Position numbers and translations under genes: made by a program. Source: an uncultured Pelagibacteraceae bacterium (GTDB taxonomy: Bacteria; Pseudomonadota; Alphaproteobacteria; Pelagibacterales; Pelagibacteraceae). From it: a stretch of DNA of 64,000 bases. The DNA lies in the NCBI GenBank assembly GCA_902618975.1, contig CACNCN010000002.1:5325-69324 (forward strand), given 5' to 3'. The notes below the pieces were generated by a model. It was given only the letters and a program-made list of their open reading frames with translations. It was not told the origin of the DNA and did no database searches. The stretch's first letter is position 1; the number at the start of each line of letters is the position of its first letter. Positions 10,380-20,597 of this stretch are shown here, piece after piece.

Positions 10380-11667
10380 ATTTGTTTTAATTTTTTTGTC
10401 AATATTTTTATTAACTGCATGCTCTGTAAATAACAAATCAAAATTTTGGAGTAAAAAAAATACCGAAAAGGTTAATACACAAAACGAGATACTGTTTGAT
10501 AACAAAAAAAATTTAATTAAAAATTTTAATACAAATATAAGAATAAATATTAATGAAAACTTTAATAATAATAGCTTTATAAATAATTATACAAACAATA
10601 ATGGGATACTCAATTATAAGGGAAATCTAAAAATCCTGAATAAATCAAAAATCTCAAAAATACATCAATTTGATATCTTATTTCCACAGCCGCTTGTAAC
10701 AAAAGAACATCTTATCTATTTTAATGGCAAAGGATCAATTCTAAAATTTGATAAAAATCTAAAATTAATTTGGAAAAAAAACTATTATACAAAAAAAGAG
10801 AAAAAACTTATGCCTTCTCTTAACTTTGGCTTACAAAATGACACTTTAATTGTTACTGATAATCTATCAAATTATTATGCTATAAATTATTCAAGCGGAA
10901 AGTTAATTTGGAAATTCAAACATTCATCATCTTTTCATTCACAAATCAAAGTTTTAAATAAAAATTTTTATACCATTGATTTTTCAAATTATGTAAGATC
11001 CTTTTCCATAAATGACGGGCAATTAAAATGGAGTTATGAAAGTGAAAATACATTAATTAAATCAACTAAAAGATTTTCTTTTGTAATAGACAACCAAAAA
11101 TTAATTTTTTTAAATTCTGTTGGTGATATAAATGCTTTAGATGTTAAAAATGGAAACTTACTTTGGCAAACACCCACTAGAAATAATTCAATAAAAGAGG
11201 ATGCATTTTCAACAGTATATTCAGATATAATATTTGATAAAGATATTGTTTATTTTTCAAACAACAAAAATGAATTTTTTGCTATAAATGCTCAGAATGG
11301 ATCACTGAGATGGAAACAAAACATTAACTCTGTTTTGAAATCAACTGTACTGAAAGATTTAATTTTCTCTTTATCAAACGAAGGGTATTTAATTGTCATA
11401 GATAAAAAAAACGGAAATATAATTAGGGCAACAAATATTTTTAACAACAAGCAAAATAATTCAAAAAAAAATAAATTAATAGGATTTATAGTTTCTAGTG
11501 ATAAAGTTTACTTGTCATTAACAAATGGAAAAATTGTCATTGTAAATATAAATAATGGAACACTCGAAAAAATATTTAAAGCAGATAACTCCACAATACT
11601 TAGACCAATAGTGGATAATAAAAAAATGTATATAATTTCAAAAAATAGTATTAAACAATATAATTAA
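10372..11667 (+). CDS. PQQ-like beta-propeller lipoprotein (BamB-like)
   Basis: Lipobox LLTAC; repeated 'A.N...G.L.W' propeller blades. Confidence 0.75.
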   Translation: MNKFVLIFLSIFLLTACSVNNKSKFWSKKNTEKVNTQNEILFDNKKNLIKNFNTNIRININENFNNNSFINNYTNNNGILNYKGNLKILNKSKISKIHQFDILFPQPLVTKEHLIYFNGKGSILKFDKNLKLIWKKNYYTKKEKKLMPSLNFGLQNDTLIVTDNLSNYYAINYSSGKLIWKFKHSSSFHSQIKVLNKNFYTIDFSNYVRSFSINDGQLKWSYESENTLIKSTKRFSFVIDNQKLIFLNSVGDINALDVKNGNLLWQTPTRNNSIKEDAFSTVYSDIIFDKDIVYFSNNKNEFFAINAQNGSLRWKQNINSVLKSTVLKDLIFSLSNEGYLIVIDKKNGNIIRATNIFNNKQNNSKKNKLIGFIVSSDKVYLSLTNGKIVIVNINNGTLEKIFKADNSTILRPIVDNKKMYIISKNSIKQYN

Positions 11668-12092
11668 TGTTTTTAAAAATATTGGATAAATTAGGTAGAA
11701 AAAAAATTGTATTAGATAGAGGACCTTCTCATCCCAAATACAAAGAGGCAAAGCCGTGGATGAACAGATATTATGTTTTATTTAGATACAGACCTAAATG
11801 GTTTCCCTTCAATATACTTATTCATGAAATGCTAGACGATGATCATGGTGAAGGTGTTCATAACCATCTATTTCCTTTCATAACTATAATTTTGAGAGAT
11901 GGTTATTGGGAAACTTTAAAAAATGGAAAATTTTGGAGACCTCCAGGCTATATAGGTCTCAGATCAGCAAATACATTTCATAGGGTTGATTTAAAACCGG
12001 GTACAAAACCATTAACTTTATTTATATCAGGCCCTTTTGGACTAAGAAAAGGTAAAAGATCTGAGTATGGAGTTGATTTTGAAAAAAAATGA
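11667..12092 (+). CDS. Hypothetical cupin-like metalloprotein
   Basis: HNH...GYWE...FHRV arrangement resembles the cupin His/His/Glu/His metal site. Confidence 0.6.
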   Translation: MFLKILDKLGRKKIVLDRGPSHPKYKEAKPWMNRYYVLFRYRPKWFPFNILIHEMLDDDHGEGVHNHLFPFITIILRDGYWETLKNGKFWRPPGYIGLRSANTFHRVDLKPGTKPLTLFISGPFGLRKGKRSEYGVDFEKK

Positions 12093-12508
12093 GACAAGAA
12101 TTTCATACTTTAAAAATCAATACAAGCGGCCAAAAACTCTACGAATTTACAAAACAAACTTTAGAATGGATTGAGGAACTAAATTTAAAAAACGGTATTT
12201 TAAATCTATCAATTTTACATACTAGCGCCTCTATTATTGTTCAAGAAAATGCAGATCCCGATGTACAAAAAGATTTACTAAATTACTTTGACAAACTAGT
12301 ACCAATGAGAAATGAGTTATATATCCATACATCTGAGGGAAAAGACGATATGCCGGCCCATATAAAATCTAGTTTGACAAACAACCAAATTTCTCTAAGC
12401 ATTCAAAATAGCAACTTGTTACTTGGAACTTGGCAAGGTTTATACTTGTTTGAGCACAGATTAGAAAAGCATACTAGAAAAATAATACATCATTATGTTG
12501 GAGATTAG
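12089..12508 (+). CDS. yjbQ: YjbQ/UPF0047 family (secondary thiamine-phosphate synthase)
   Basis: HTSAS..QENADPDV, DDMPAHIKS, LGTWQG motifs. Confidence 0.9.
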   Translation: MRQEFHTLKINTSGQKLYEFTKQTLEWIEELNLKNGILNLSILHTSASIIVQENADPDVQKDLLNYFDKLVPMRNELYIHTSEGKDDMPAHIKSSLTNNQISLSIQNSNLLLGTWQGLYLFEHRLEKHTRKIIHHYVGD

Positions 12509-13923
12509 TTTTTTTTAAGTGACTTAAAAGCATCTAAGGCTTTTTTTCTAGCTTGTTCGTGTACAACTATGGGTGCTGGATAATCTTTTCCAATTATTAT
12601 TTTTAATGTTTCTTGATATTTAATATCTAACTCCCAAGGTTTATGAATATACTTCGTAGGATAATTTTTAAGTTCAGGAACCCACTTTTTCACATACTCA
12701 CCATTCTTATCAAACTTTTCTCCCTGCAAAATAGGATTAAATATTCTAAAATATGGAGCAGCATCTGCTCCACATCCAGCAACCCATTGCCATTGTGCAA
12801 CGTTATTGGCTTCATTAAAGTCTAATAAACAATTTCTAAAATACTTCTCGCCTTCTTTCCAATCAATACGCAAATGTTTTACTAAAAAAGATCCTACTAC
12901 CATTCTAATTCTATTATGCATCCAACCAGTTTCATACATCTGTCTCATACCTGCATCGACAATAGGATATCCTGTTAACCCATTTTTCCATGCTTTTAAA
13001 TTTTTTTGGTTTTTTTCCCAAGGAAATTTATCAAATTCTTTTCTTAGATTACCTTTAAGCATCTCTGGAAAGTAATTAATTAAACTATGAGAAAACTCTC
13101 TCCATCCAAGCTCATTAAGGTATTTTCTAACACTAATATTTTTATTTTTTAATTTTGAACATTGAGACCAAACTGTGTTTACATTAATTAAACCATTTCT
13201 AAGATAAGGTGATATTTTAGAGGAACCATTTAAGGATGGAAAATCTCTATCTCGGCCATATTTAAATACTCTGTCCTCTAGAAATTTTCTTAATTGATCA
13301 TGAGACTCTTTTTCAGAAACCTTCCAATAATTTTCAAATTTTAAATACCAATTTTTTTTAGGCAAAATATTTTTGGGTGCAACATCGGTATTAAAAATTT
13401 TGATTCTTTTTTTTAATTTTCTTATTTTTTTTTCTTTCGGCTTTATACTATCCAAATAAACTTGCTCAGCATGTCTCCAAAAAGGACTAAATACTTTAAA
13501 AGGTGTACCATCTTTTTTTGTAATTGTTTGAAACTCATTTAAGATATTTCCTTTGAAATTTTTATAACCAATGTTTTTATTATTTAGTACTTTTATAATT
13601 TTTTCATCCAAATCGAGTTGAAGAGGTTCATAAACTTTATTCCAATAAACAAATATATTTTTATCTTTTATATCTGAGAAAAATTTTAATTCGTCTGAAA
13701 ATATAATTTCTAGATTAATATTAAATTTTTCCAATTCACTTCCTAAACTTTCTAGAGATTTACTAATCCACCATTTTTGAGCTTCTCTCTTATTATCAAA
13801 ATATTCTTTATTATATAAATAAATTGCTGATACTTTTTCATGATTGATACTTGCATTGATTAATGCTGTATTACTCTCTAATCTTAAGTCTTCTCTAATC
13901 CACACTAAACCTTTTTGTTCCAT
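12505..13923 (-). CDS. phrB: Deoxyribodipyrimidine photolyase
   Basis: REDLRL, TGYPIVDAGMR, WMHNRIRM, WQWVAGCGADAAPYFRIFNP. Confidence 0.93.
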   Translation of the reverse strand: MEQKGLVWIREDLRLESNTALINASINHEKVSAIYLYNKEYFDNKREAQKWWISKSLESLGSELEKFNINLEIIFSDELKFFSDIKDKNIFVYWNKVYEPLQLDLDEKIIKVLNNKNIGYKNFKGNILNEFQTITKKDGTPFKVFSPFWRHAEQVYLDSIKPKEKKIRKLKKRIKIFNTDVAPKNILPKKNWYLKFENYWKVSEKESHDQLRKFLEDRVFKYGRDRDFPSLNGSSKISPYLRNGLINVNTVWSQCSKLKNKNISVRKYLNELGWREFSHSLINYFPEMLKGNLRKEFDKFPWEKNQKNLKAWKNGLTGYPIVDAGMRQMYETGWMHNRIRMVVGSFLVKHLRIDWKEGEKYFRNCLLDFNEANNVAQWQWVAGCGADAAPYFRIFNPILQGEKFDKNGEYVKKWVPELKNYPTKYIHKPWELDIKYQETLKIIIGKDYPAPIVVHEQARKKALDAFKSLKKN

Positions 13924-13924
13924 A

Positions 13925-15061
13925 TCAATTTTTAGATCCTTTTATAAGAAGTTTCTTATAAAGAACTTTATCAACATCGCCTTCACACCCTATTAAAAGG
14001 ACATTTGAATTTTCGTTCAAATCAAATTTATTTCTGACGAATTTGTTATTACACGCAGATATTAAACTTATTATACCCGGAGCCGCACATTCCCCACCAA
14101 TTATTTTTTTATCACTAAAAGCTTTTTTGGCAAGCATGGCAACAGTATTTGGTACAAAATTATCACCAATTGACAAACAAAAATTTGAAGTATTTCTTAA
14201 AATTTTCCATGGCAATAATGACATTTCATTGCACGACATTCCTCCCATTATACTCTCTTTTTTAATTTTAATTTTTACTTTTTTTTTACTTTTTATGCTT
14301 CTTAATACACAATCTGCGTGCTTTGGCTCTACTATTATTATCTTTGGTATCCTTTTAAAATATTTAGCAACACCTGCAACTACACCCGCAGCCATACCTC
14401 CGACACCAGCTTGTAAAAAAATATGTGTAATATACTTTTTTGTTTGAACAGACGTTTCTTTAATCATCATTGAATAACCTGCCATTGTTAGTTGAGGCAC
14501 AAATTTATAATTATCAGTAGAAACATCTTGCACAATTTCCCAGCCATTCTTTTTTGATTGTCTTTTGCACTCACCCAAAGACTTTTCATAATTGCCCTTA
14601 ACTCTAATAATTTCTGCACCAAACTGCTCAATACTTTTAACTCTTTCTTTGCTAACGTGCTGACTAACAAATATTTTACAATTTAAACCTAGTTTCTGAG
14701 CACCCCATGCAACAGACCTACCGTGATTCCCTGCGGTAGCCGAAGAGACAACAATATTTTTCCTTTTTTTTGAAATAACCTCCACCGCGTATGCTCCACC
14801 AAGAGCTTTAAAAGATTTTAAATGGAATCTTTTTGATTCATCCTTATAAAATATTTCTCCAAGCTTTAATTCATTCGAAAGCTTATTTAAACTAATTAAA
14901 GGCGTTTTAGCATATCCTTTCCACCTGGAAATTTTATTGAAAGCCTCCTTTAACATATATCCGGGCAAGTGTTTAAGAACTTTTGATCTATCGAAATAAT
15001 AATTATTGTTTATTAAAAATTTAGATATTTTCCATTTTTTTATTTTATTTCTTAATATCAT
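13925..15061 (-). CDS. Diaminopropionate ammonia-lyase family PLP enzyme
   Basis: KDES.RF.LKSFKALGG, ATAGNHG, QAGVGG motifs. Confidence 0.8.
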   Translation of the reverse strand: MILRNKIKKWKISKFLINNNYYFDRSKVLKHLPGYMLKEAFNKISRWKGYAKTPLISLNKLSNELKLGEIFYKDESKRFHLKSFKALGGAYAVEVISKKRKNIVVSSATAGNHGRSVAWGAQKLGLNCKIFVSQHVSKERVKSIEQFGAEIIRVKGNYEKSLGECKRQSKKNGWEIVQDVSTDNYKFVPQLTMAGYSMMIKETSVQTKKYITHIFLQAGVGGMAAGVVAGVAKYFKRIPKIIIVEPKHADCVLRSIKSKKKVKIKIKKESIMGGMSCNEMSLLPWKILRNTSNFCLSIGDNFVPNTVAMLAKKAFSDKKIIGGECAAPGIISLISACNNKFVRNKFDLNENSNVLLIGCEGDVDKVLYKKLLIKGSKN

Positions 15062-15117
15062 ATCTAAAATAATTTATATTTGTATAATTTCGTAACAATA
15101 TATTATAAAAATCCATT

Positions 15118-16596
15118 GTGAAAAAATTTATTGTCTCAATTGATCAAGGAACAACCTCAACTAGATCTATTTTGTTTGATTTACATGGTAATCCTATATT
15201 CACCTCTCAAAAAAAATTTAAGCAAATTTATCCAAAAAATGGATGGGTTGAGCACGATCCTGAGGAAATATGGTCTTCCACTTTAAAAGTTCTTAAAGAT
15301 GTCTTAAATAAATGTAAAAAAATTAATGGAAATATTTCAACAATAGGCATCACAAATCAAAGAGAGACAACTTTACTTTGGGATAAAAAAACTGGAAAAT
15401 GTATTTACAACGCAATTGTTTGGCAAGACAGAAGGACAATGAAGTATTGTAAGAGCTTAAGAAAAAAAGGTTATGAGAGAATAATTAATTTAAATACAGG
15501 TTTATTATTAGATCCATATTTTTCTAGCACCAAAATCAAGTGGATACTAGAAAATATAAAATCAGCAAAAATTTTGTATAAAAAAGATAGGTTGTTGTTT
15601 GGAACAATTGATACCTTTTTGATTTGGAAACTGACCAAAGGCAGTGTTCATGCAACGGATGCGACAAATGCATCAAGAACAATGTTATTTAATATAAAAA
15701 AAAATAAATGGGATAAAAAAATTTTAAAAATATTTGGCATTCCACAAAAAATTTTACCTGAGGTAAAAAATTCCGCAGATAACTATGGATATACTGATAA
15801 GTCAATTACATCAATCTCAATTCCAATAAATGCTGTAATTGGAGATCAACAAGCCGCAATTATAGGACAGAACTGTTTTAACAAAGGATCTACGAAGATT
15901 ACTTTCGGAACTGGTGCGTTTATAATTATGAATACTGGTAATAAAATAATTAAGTCCAAAAATAAACTTTTAAGCACTATTTGTTACAGGATTAACAATA
16001 AAAATATTTATGCATTAGAAGGATCTATATTTATGGCTGGTGCAAGTATAAGTTGGTTAAGAGATAAATTGAAAATAATTGATAGCGAAAGACAAGTAGA
16101 ACAAATTTCACGAAAACTAAAAAGTAATAGTAATGTTTATTTTGTGCCAGCATTTACAGGTCTAGGAGCACCATATTGGAGACCAGATGCAAGAGCTACA
16201 TTGGTAGGATTAACTAGAAACTCAGGAAGAGAAGAAATAATAAGAGCAACATTAGAATCCGTTGTATATCAAACTTCAGATTTATTTAATTCGATGCGTA
16301 AGGATGGCTTAAAGCCAAATGTAGTAAAAATAGACGGGGGGATGGTTGAAAATAATTGGTTTAATCAATTTTTGTCTAATATTTTAGGACTAAAAGTTTT
16401 TCGACCTAAAGTTTATGAGACAACTGCGTTAGGTGTTGCTTTGATAGCAGGTTATGGTTGTGGTATTTTTAGATCAATTTCTGATATAAAAAAAAAATGG
16501 AAATTAGAGAGAAAATTTAGACCAAAAATGACAAATAAACACAGATTAAAATTGTTGAATGGTTGGAGCCAAGCCATTAGAAAAACTTTATCTTAA
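15118..16596 (+). CDS. glpK: Glycerol kinase
   Basis: DQGTTS, GITNQRET, WQDRRT, GDQQAA, PAFTGLGAPYW; GTG start. Confidence 0.93.
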   Translation: MKKFIVSIDQGTTSTRSILFDLHGNPIFTSQKKFKQIYPKNGWVEHDPEEIWSSTLKVLKDVLNKCKKINGNISTIGITNQRETTLLWDKKTGKCIYNAIVWQDRRTMKYCKSLRKKGYERIINLNTGLLLDPYFSSTKIKWILENIKSAKILYKKDRLLFGTIDTFLIWKLTKGSVHATDATNASRTMLFNIKKNKWDKKILKIFGIPQKILPEVKNSADNYGYTDKSITSISIPINAVIGDQQAAIIGQNCFNKGSTKITFGTGAFIIMNTGNKIIKSKNKLLSTICYRINNKNIYALEGSIFMAGASISWLRDKLKIIDSERQVEQISRKLKSNSNVYFVPAFTGLGAPYWRPDARATLVGLTRNSGREEIIRATLESVVYQTSDLFNSMRKDGLKPNVVKIDGGMVENNWFNQFLSNILGLKVFRPKVYETTALGVALIAGYGCGIFRSISDIKKKWKLERKFRPKMTNKHRLKLLNGWSQAIRKTLS

Positions 16597-16597
16597 C

Positions 16598-17623
16598 ATG
16601 AAAAAAATTCTAATAATCGGAGCCGGTGCCATGGGATCAGCATTTTCTTTACCATGTGTTGAAAATTTAAATAAAGTAACACTAATTGGAACACATTTAG
16701 AGACAAAAATAATTAATAAATTAAAAAAAAATCGTTTTCATCCATCTCTCAAAAAATTATTGCCTAAAAAAGTTGTAATAAAAAATTATAAATATTTAGA
16801 CGCCGAGTTAAAAAAAAAACCAAATTATATTGTAATTGCTGTAAGTTCAAAGGGTATAGACTGGGTATGTGAAAAATTAATAAAAAACTATCAAGGCAGA
16901 TATTCTCTTATATTACTAACAAAGGGACTAGCTAAATTTAAAAATAGACTTATAACTATATCTACCAAAATAAATAATTTATTTAAAAAAAATAAATTAC
17001 CCTATCAAGACATTACTTCAATTAAAGGTCCATGCCTTGCAGTAGGTTTAATTAATAAAGTTAGAACAAGCACAGTCATAGCAAATAAAAAAATTAAAAA
17101 TGCTTTAAAAGTTAGTAAATTGATATCAACTAATTATTATAAATCCGAAGTATCAAAAGATATCAATGGTGTGGAAACTTTAGGTGCAATTAAAAACATT
17201 TATGCAATGTTAATTGGTGCATCAAAGGGTCTAAGTGGTTCGAATTTACCAAAAAAAATTAGAGAAAAATACTTTCACAATACCTCATCTTCTTTATTTA
17301 GAGATGCATTATTAGAAATGAAAAATTTTTCGAAAAAAATGAAAGGCTTACCTGAAACTGCATATGGCTTAGCTGGACTAGGAGATTTATATGTTAGCAT
17401 AGCTGGCGGGAGAAATAGCATGTTAGGATATTATCTTGGCGTTGGTAGAAAATACTCGGATATAAAAAAAAATATAATGAAAAAAATTACGACCGAGGGA
17501 AGTGATTTAGCTATTGAATTTGGTCCTATTATTAAAAAAAATTATAAAAAAAAAGACTTTCCCATTATGTTTGCTTTAATAAATTCAATTTGTAAAAATA
17601 AGATACTTAAAATTGAATGGTAG
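16598..17623 (+). CDS. gpsA: NAD(P)H-dependent glycerol-3-phosphate dehydrogenase (divergent)
   Basis: GAGAMG Rossmann motif, TKG, GAIKN, GLAGLGDL, GGRN; start ATG 16598. Confidence 0.8.
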   Translation: MKKILIIGAGAMGSAFSLPCVENLNKVTLIGTHLETKIINKLKKNRFHPSLKKLLPKKVVIKNYKYLDAELKKKPNYIVIAVSSKGIDWVCEKLIKNYQGRYSLILLTKGLAKFKNRLITISTKINNLFKKNKLPYQDITSIKGPCLAVGLINKVRTSTVIANKKIKNALKVSKLISTNYYKSEVSKDINGVETLGAIKNIYAMLIGASKGLSGSNLPKKIREKYFHNTSSSLFRDALLEMKNFSKKMKGLPETAYGLAGLGDLYVSIAGGRNSMLGYYLGVGRKYSDIKKNIMKKITTEGSDLAIEFGPIIKKNYKKKDFPIMFALINSICKNKILKIEW

Positions 17624-18414
17624 ATAAAAAAAAAATATTAATCGTTGAGGGCAATACACGAGAAGAAAATAGTGAATTTACTAATGTCGGTATAAACACT
17701 CATACAGAGAGTTTAATCGAAAGTATAAATTTTTATAAAAAAAAATTGGATATAGATATTGCAAACCCTTCATCAGATAAAAATTTAGACTCCTCAATTG
17801 AAAATTTAGAAAAATATGATGGATTAATTTGGGGAGGGAGTAGTTTAAATATTTACAATGATACAGAGGAAATTAGAAGACAAATAGAATTTATGAGAGT
17901 TTGCCAAAGTAAAATAAAAAAAATATTAGCAATATGCTGGGGTCTTCAAGTAGCCGTAACTGTTGCCGGAGGCAGTGTTAAAAAATCAACAACAGGTGCG
18001 CACCGGGGGATAGCCCATGATATTAAAATTAATAAAGTGGGAATTAAACATAAAATTTATAAAGATAAAAAAATAAAATTTAATTCTCCAGCCTTTAATT
18101 TTGATGAAGTTGTGAAATTACCAACGGATGCAATTTTATTGTCATCAAACAATTTGAATAATGTTATGGGCTTAAATTTTAAAACTAAAACATCAGATAT
18201 TTGGGGAATACAGTATCACCCAGAAATTACTTATGAGAAAATGGTAAGTTTAATACATTTTAGAAAAGAGCGACTTATTGATAAAGGAGCATTTAAAGAT
18301 CAAAATGAAATTGATTCACATGTGGGAATGATTGAGGACGAAATAAAAAAAACTGAAAAGACATCAAGAATGAAAGAGTTAGAAAATTGGTTAAATTATT
18401 TATATGAAAATTAG
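17617..18414 (+). CDS. Class I glutamine amidotransferase-like protein
   Basis: AICWGLQ nucleophile elbow and QYHPE. Confidence 0.85.
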   Translation: MVDKKKILIVEGNTREENSEFTNVGINTHTESLIESINFYKKKLDIDIANPSSDKNLDSSIENLEKYDGLIWGGSSLNIYNDTEEIRRQIEFMRVCQSKIKKILAICWGLQVAVTVAGGSVKKSTTGAHRGIAHDIKINKVGIKHKIYKDKKIKFNSPAFNFDEVVKLPTDAILLSSNNLNNVMGLNFKTKTSDIWGIQYHPEITYEKMVSLIHFRKERLIDKGAFKDQNEIDSHVGMIEDEIKKTEKTSRMKELENWLNYLYEN

Positions 18415-19663
18415 TAGCAAAGAAGACATTATTAATCATTTTATCAATGGTAATAAAAGTGATCTATATATAGGAGTAGAAAACGAAAAATTTATTTTTG
18501 ATACAAAAACACAAAAAAGGTCAACCTATAATCAAATTAGTAATATATTAAAATTCCTTCAATCTAATTTTGGATGGGAAAAAGTCATAGAGGGTAATAA
18601 CTTAATAGGTCTAAAATTAAATGGTAAACAAGTTACCTTAGAACCTGGAAACCAAATTGAATTAGCTGGAGCAAAGTTAAAAAATATTCATGAGGTGTGC
18701 GCAGAATCTTTCGAGTTTCAAGATCAGCTTATAAAAGCATGTAATGAGTTTAATTTAGAATTACTTTCTATTGGATATGATCCATATACAAATTTGAAAG
18801 ATGTACCGTCAAATCCAAAAAAAAGATACGAGGTGATGACAAAAGAAATGCCTAAACTTGGAAGATTAAGTTTAGAAATGATGTATCAAACATCAGGTAC
18901 TCAAATAAATTTGGATTACTCGAATGAAAAAAATTTTTCTAGTAAATTTAAACTTATTTCTTATTTAGTTCCAATAAGCATTGCATTATTTGCCAACTCA
19001 TCAATAAAAGAAAAAAAATTTTGCAATTATTTGTCATATAGATCATATGTTTGGCAGAACACATCTAGAGGCGGACTACCAAAATTATTTTTAGAGGACA
19101 TGACATTTGAAAAATATGCTGATTACTGTTTAAATCTTCCTTTGTTATTTATAATAAAAAGTAATAACTATTTGCCACCTAACAATTACACATTTAAAGA
19201 TTTTATTGAAAACAAGATAGATGAAATTGACAACATAAGTCCCAGTAAAAAAGATTTAGAAACACATTTGAGCACAATATTTACAGATGTTAGACTAAAA
19301 CAGTATTTAGAAATCAGATCCATAGATGCCTGTGAGTGGGACTGCCATTGTGCATCACCCGCATTTTATACTGGTTTAATTTATGGGAATTTAGAAGAGG
19401 GATTAGATATAATAAAAAAATGGAAGCCAGATGATGTATTAAATGCTTACTTTGATGCACCTAAAAAAGGACTAAACACCGAACTATGTGGCAAAAACAT
19501 ATTATATTGGTCTAAAATTTTTTTAGAAGTCTGTAAAAGAGGCTTAGAGGATAGAAGTCAAATAAATAAAAAAGGAAATAATGAAAAAATATATTTAAAA
19601 AATATAGAAAATATTATTTCTGAAAAAAAAACAAAAGCAGAAAAATTAATTAAAACAGCATAA
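18404..19663 (+). CDS. gshA: Glutamate-cysteine ligase (alphaproteobacterial/plant type)
   Basis: IGVENEKF, LEPGNQIEL, QINLDY, ALFANS, VRLKQYLEIRS; adjacent to gshB. Confidence 0.88.
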   Translation: MKISSKEDIINHFINGNKSDLYIGVENEKFIFDTKTQKRSTYNQISNILKFLQSNFGWEKVIEGNNLIGLKLNGKQVTLEPGNQIELAGAKLKNIHEVCAESFEFQDQLIKACNEFNLELLSIGYDPYTNLKDVPSNPKKRYEVMTKEMPKLGRLSLEMMYQTSGTQINLDYSNEKNFSSKFKLISYLVPISIALFANSSIKEKKFCNYLSYRSYVWQNTSRGGLPKLFLEDMTFEKYADYCLNLPLLFIIKSNNYLPPNNYTFKDFIENKIDEIDNISPSKKDLETHLSTIFTDVRLKQYLEIRSIDACEWDCHCASPAFYTGLIYGNLEEGLDIIKKWKPDDVLNAYFDAPKKGLNTELCGKNILYWSKIFLEVCKRGLEDRSQINKKGNNEKIYLKNIENIISEKKTKAEKLIKTA

Positions 19664-19664
19664 A

Positions 19665-20597
19665 TTGAAAAAAAAACAAAAAATTCTGTCGGTACAAGCA
19701 AATGCTTTAAGTAGTATAAATATCAAAACTGATACTACTCTTTTACTTTGCTCAGAGGCACAAAAGAGAGGTTTTAAAATATTTTGGTATGAAACAAAGA
19801 ATCTATCAATACAAAATACAAGAGTATTCGCAAAAGGGTACTTTGTAAATTTTTCAAATGAAAAAAAAGTTTTTTACAAAATAATTAAAAAAACAGAATT
19901 GGATTTGTCAAAATCAGACTGTTTACTAGTAAGGCAAAATCCTCCATTTAACATGGATTATGTTATTTCAACTTTATATTTAGAAAAAATTATTAACTCA
20001 GTTAAAATAATTAATAATCCGATATCAATTAGAAATGTATCTGAAAAATTTTATTCAACTAAATTTTTTAGATTTATGCCACCAACAATTTTTACTAAAA
20101 ATATACAAAAAATTTACACTTTTCATAAAAAGTATAAAAAAGTCGTGCTCAAACCAATAGATGGTTATGCAGGAAAAGAAATTTTATTTTTGAATAAAAA
20201 GTTAAATAAAAGCAAAATTAATCAATATTTAAATAAAAATGGGCATGTAATGGTCCAAAAGTTTCTCCCGCAGGTAGAACAGGGTGATAAAAGAGTATTT
20301 ATAATTAATGGTAAGGTTTGCGGCGCAATAAGACGTATACCAAAAAAAAATTCTATTCTATCGAATTTATCTCAGGGTGGTAAGGCAGTTTCCACTAAAT
20401 TGAATTACAAAGAAAATAGAATCTCAAAAATAATAGCTAAAGATCTTTTAAAGAACAAAATTTATTTTGCCGGCATAGACTTCGTTGCAGGATATTTGAT
20501 TGGTGATATTAATGTTACTTCACCTACAGGTTTGCCACAATATAAAGAATTAACTGGTATAAATTTAGCAAAAGTATTTTGGGATAATTTATTATAA
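19665..20597 (+). CDS. gshB: Glutathione synthetase
   Basis: DTT, RQNPPF, NNP..IRN..EK, GDKR, NLSQGG, INVTSPT; TTG start. Confidence 0.9.
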   Translation: MKKKQKILSVQANALSSINIKTDTTLLLCSEAQKRGFKIFWYETKNLSIQNTRVFAKGYFVNFSNEKKVFYKIIKKTELDLSKSDCLLVRQNPPFNMDYVISTLYLEKIINSVKIINNPISIRNVSEKFYSTKFFRFMPPTIFTKNIQKIYTFHKKYKKVVLKPIDGYAGKEILFLNKKLNKSKINQYLNKNGHVMVQKFLPQVEQGDKRVFIINGKVCGAIRRIPKKNSILSNLSQGGKAVSTKLNYKENRISKIIAKDLLKNKIYFAGIDFVAGYLIGDINVTSPTGLPQYKELTGINLAKVFWDNLL

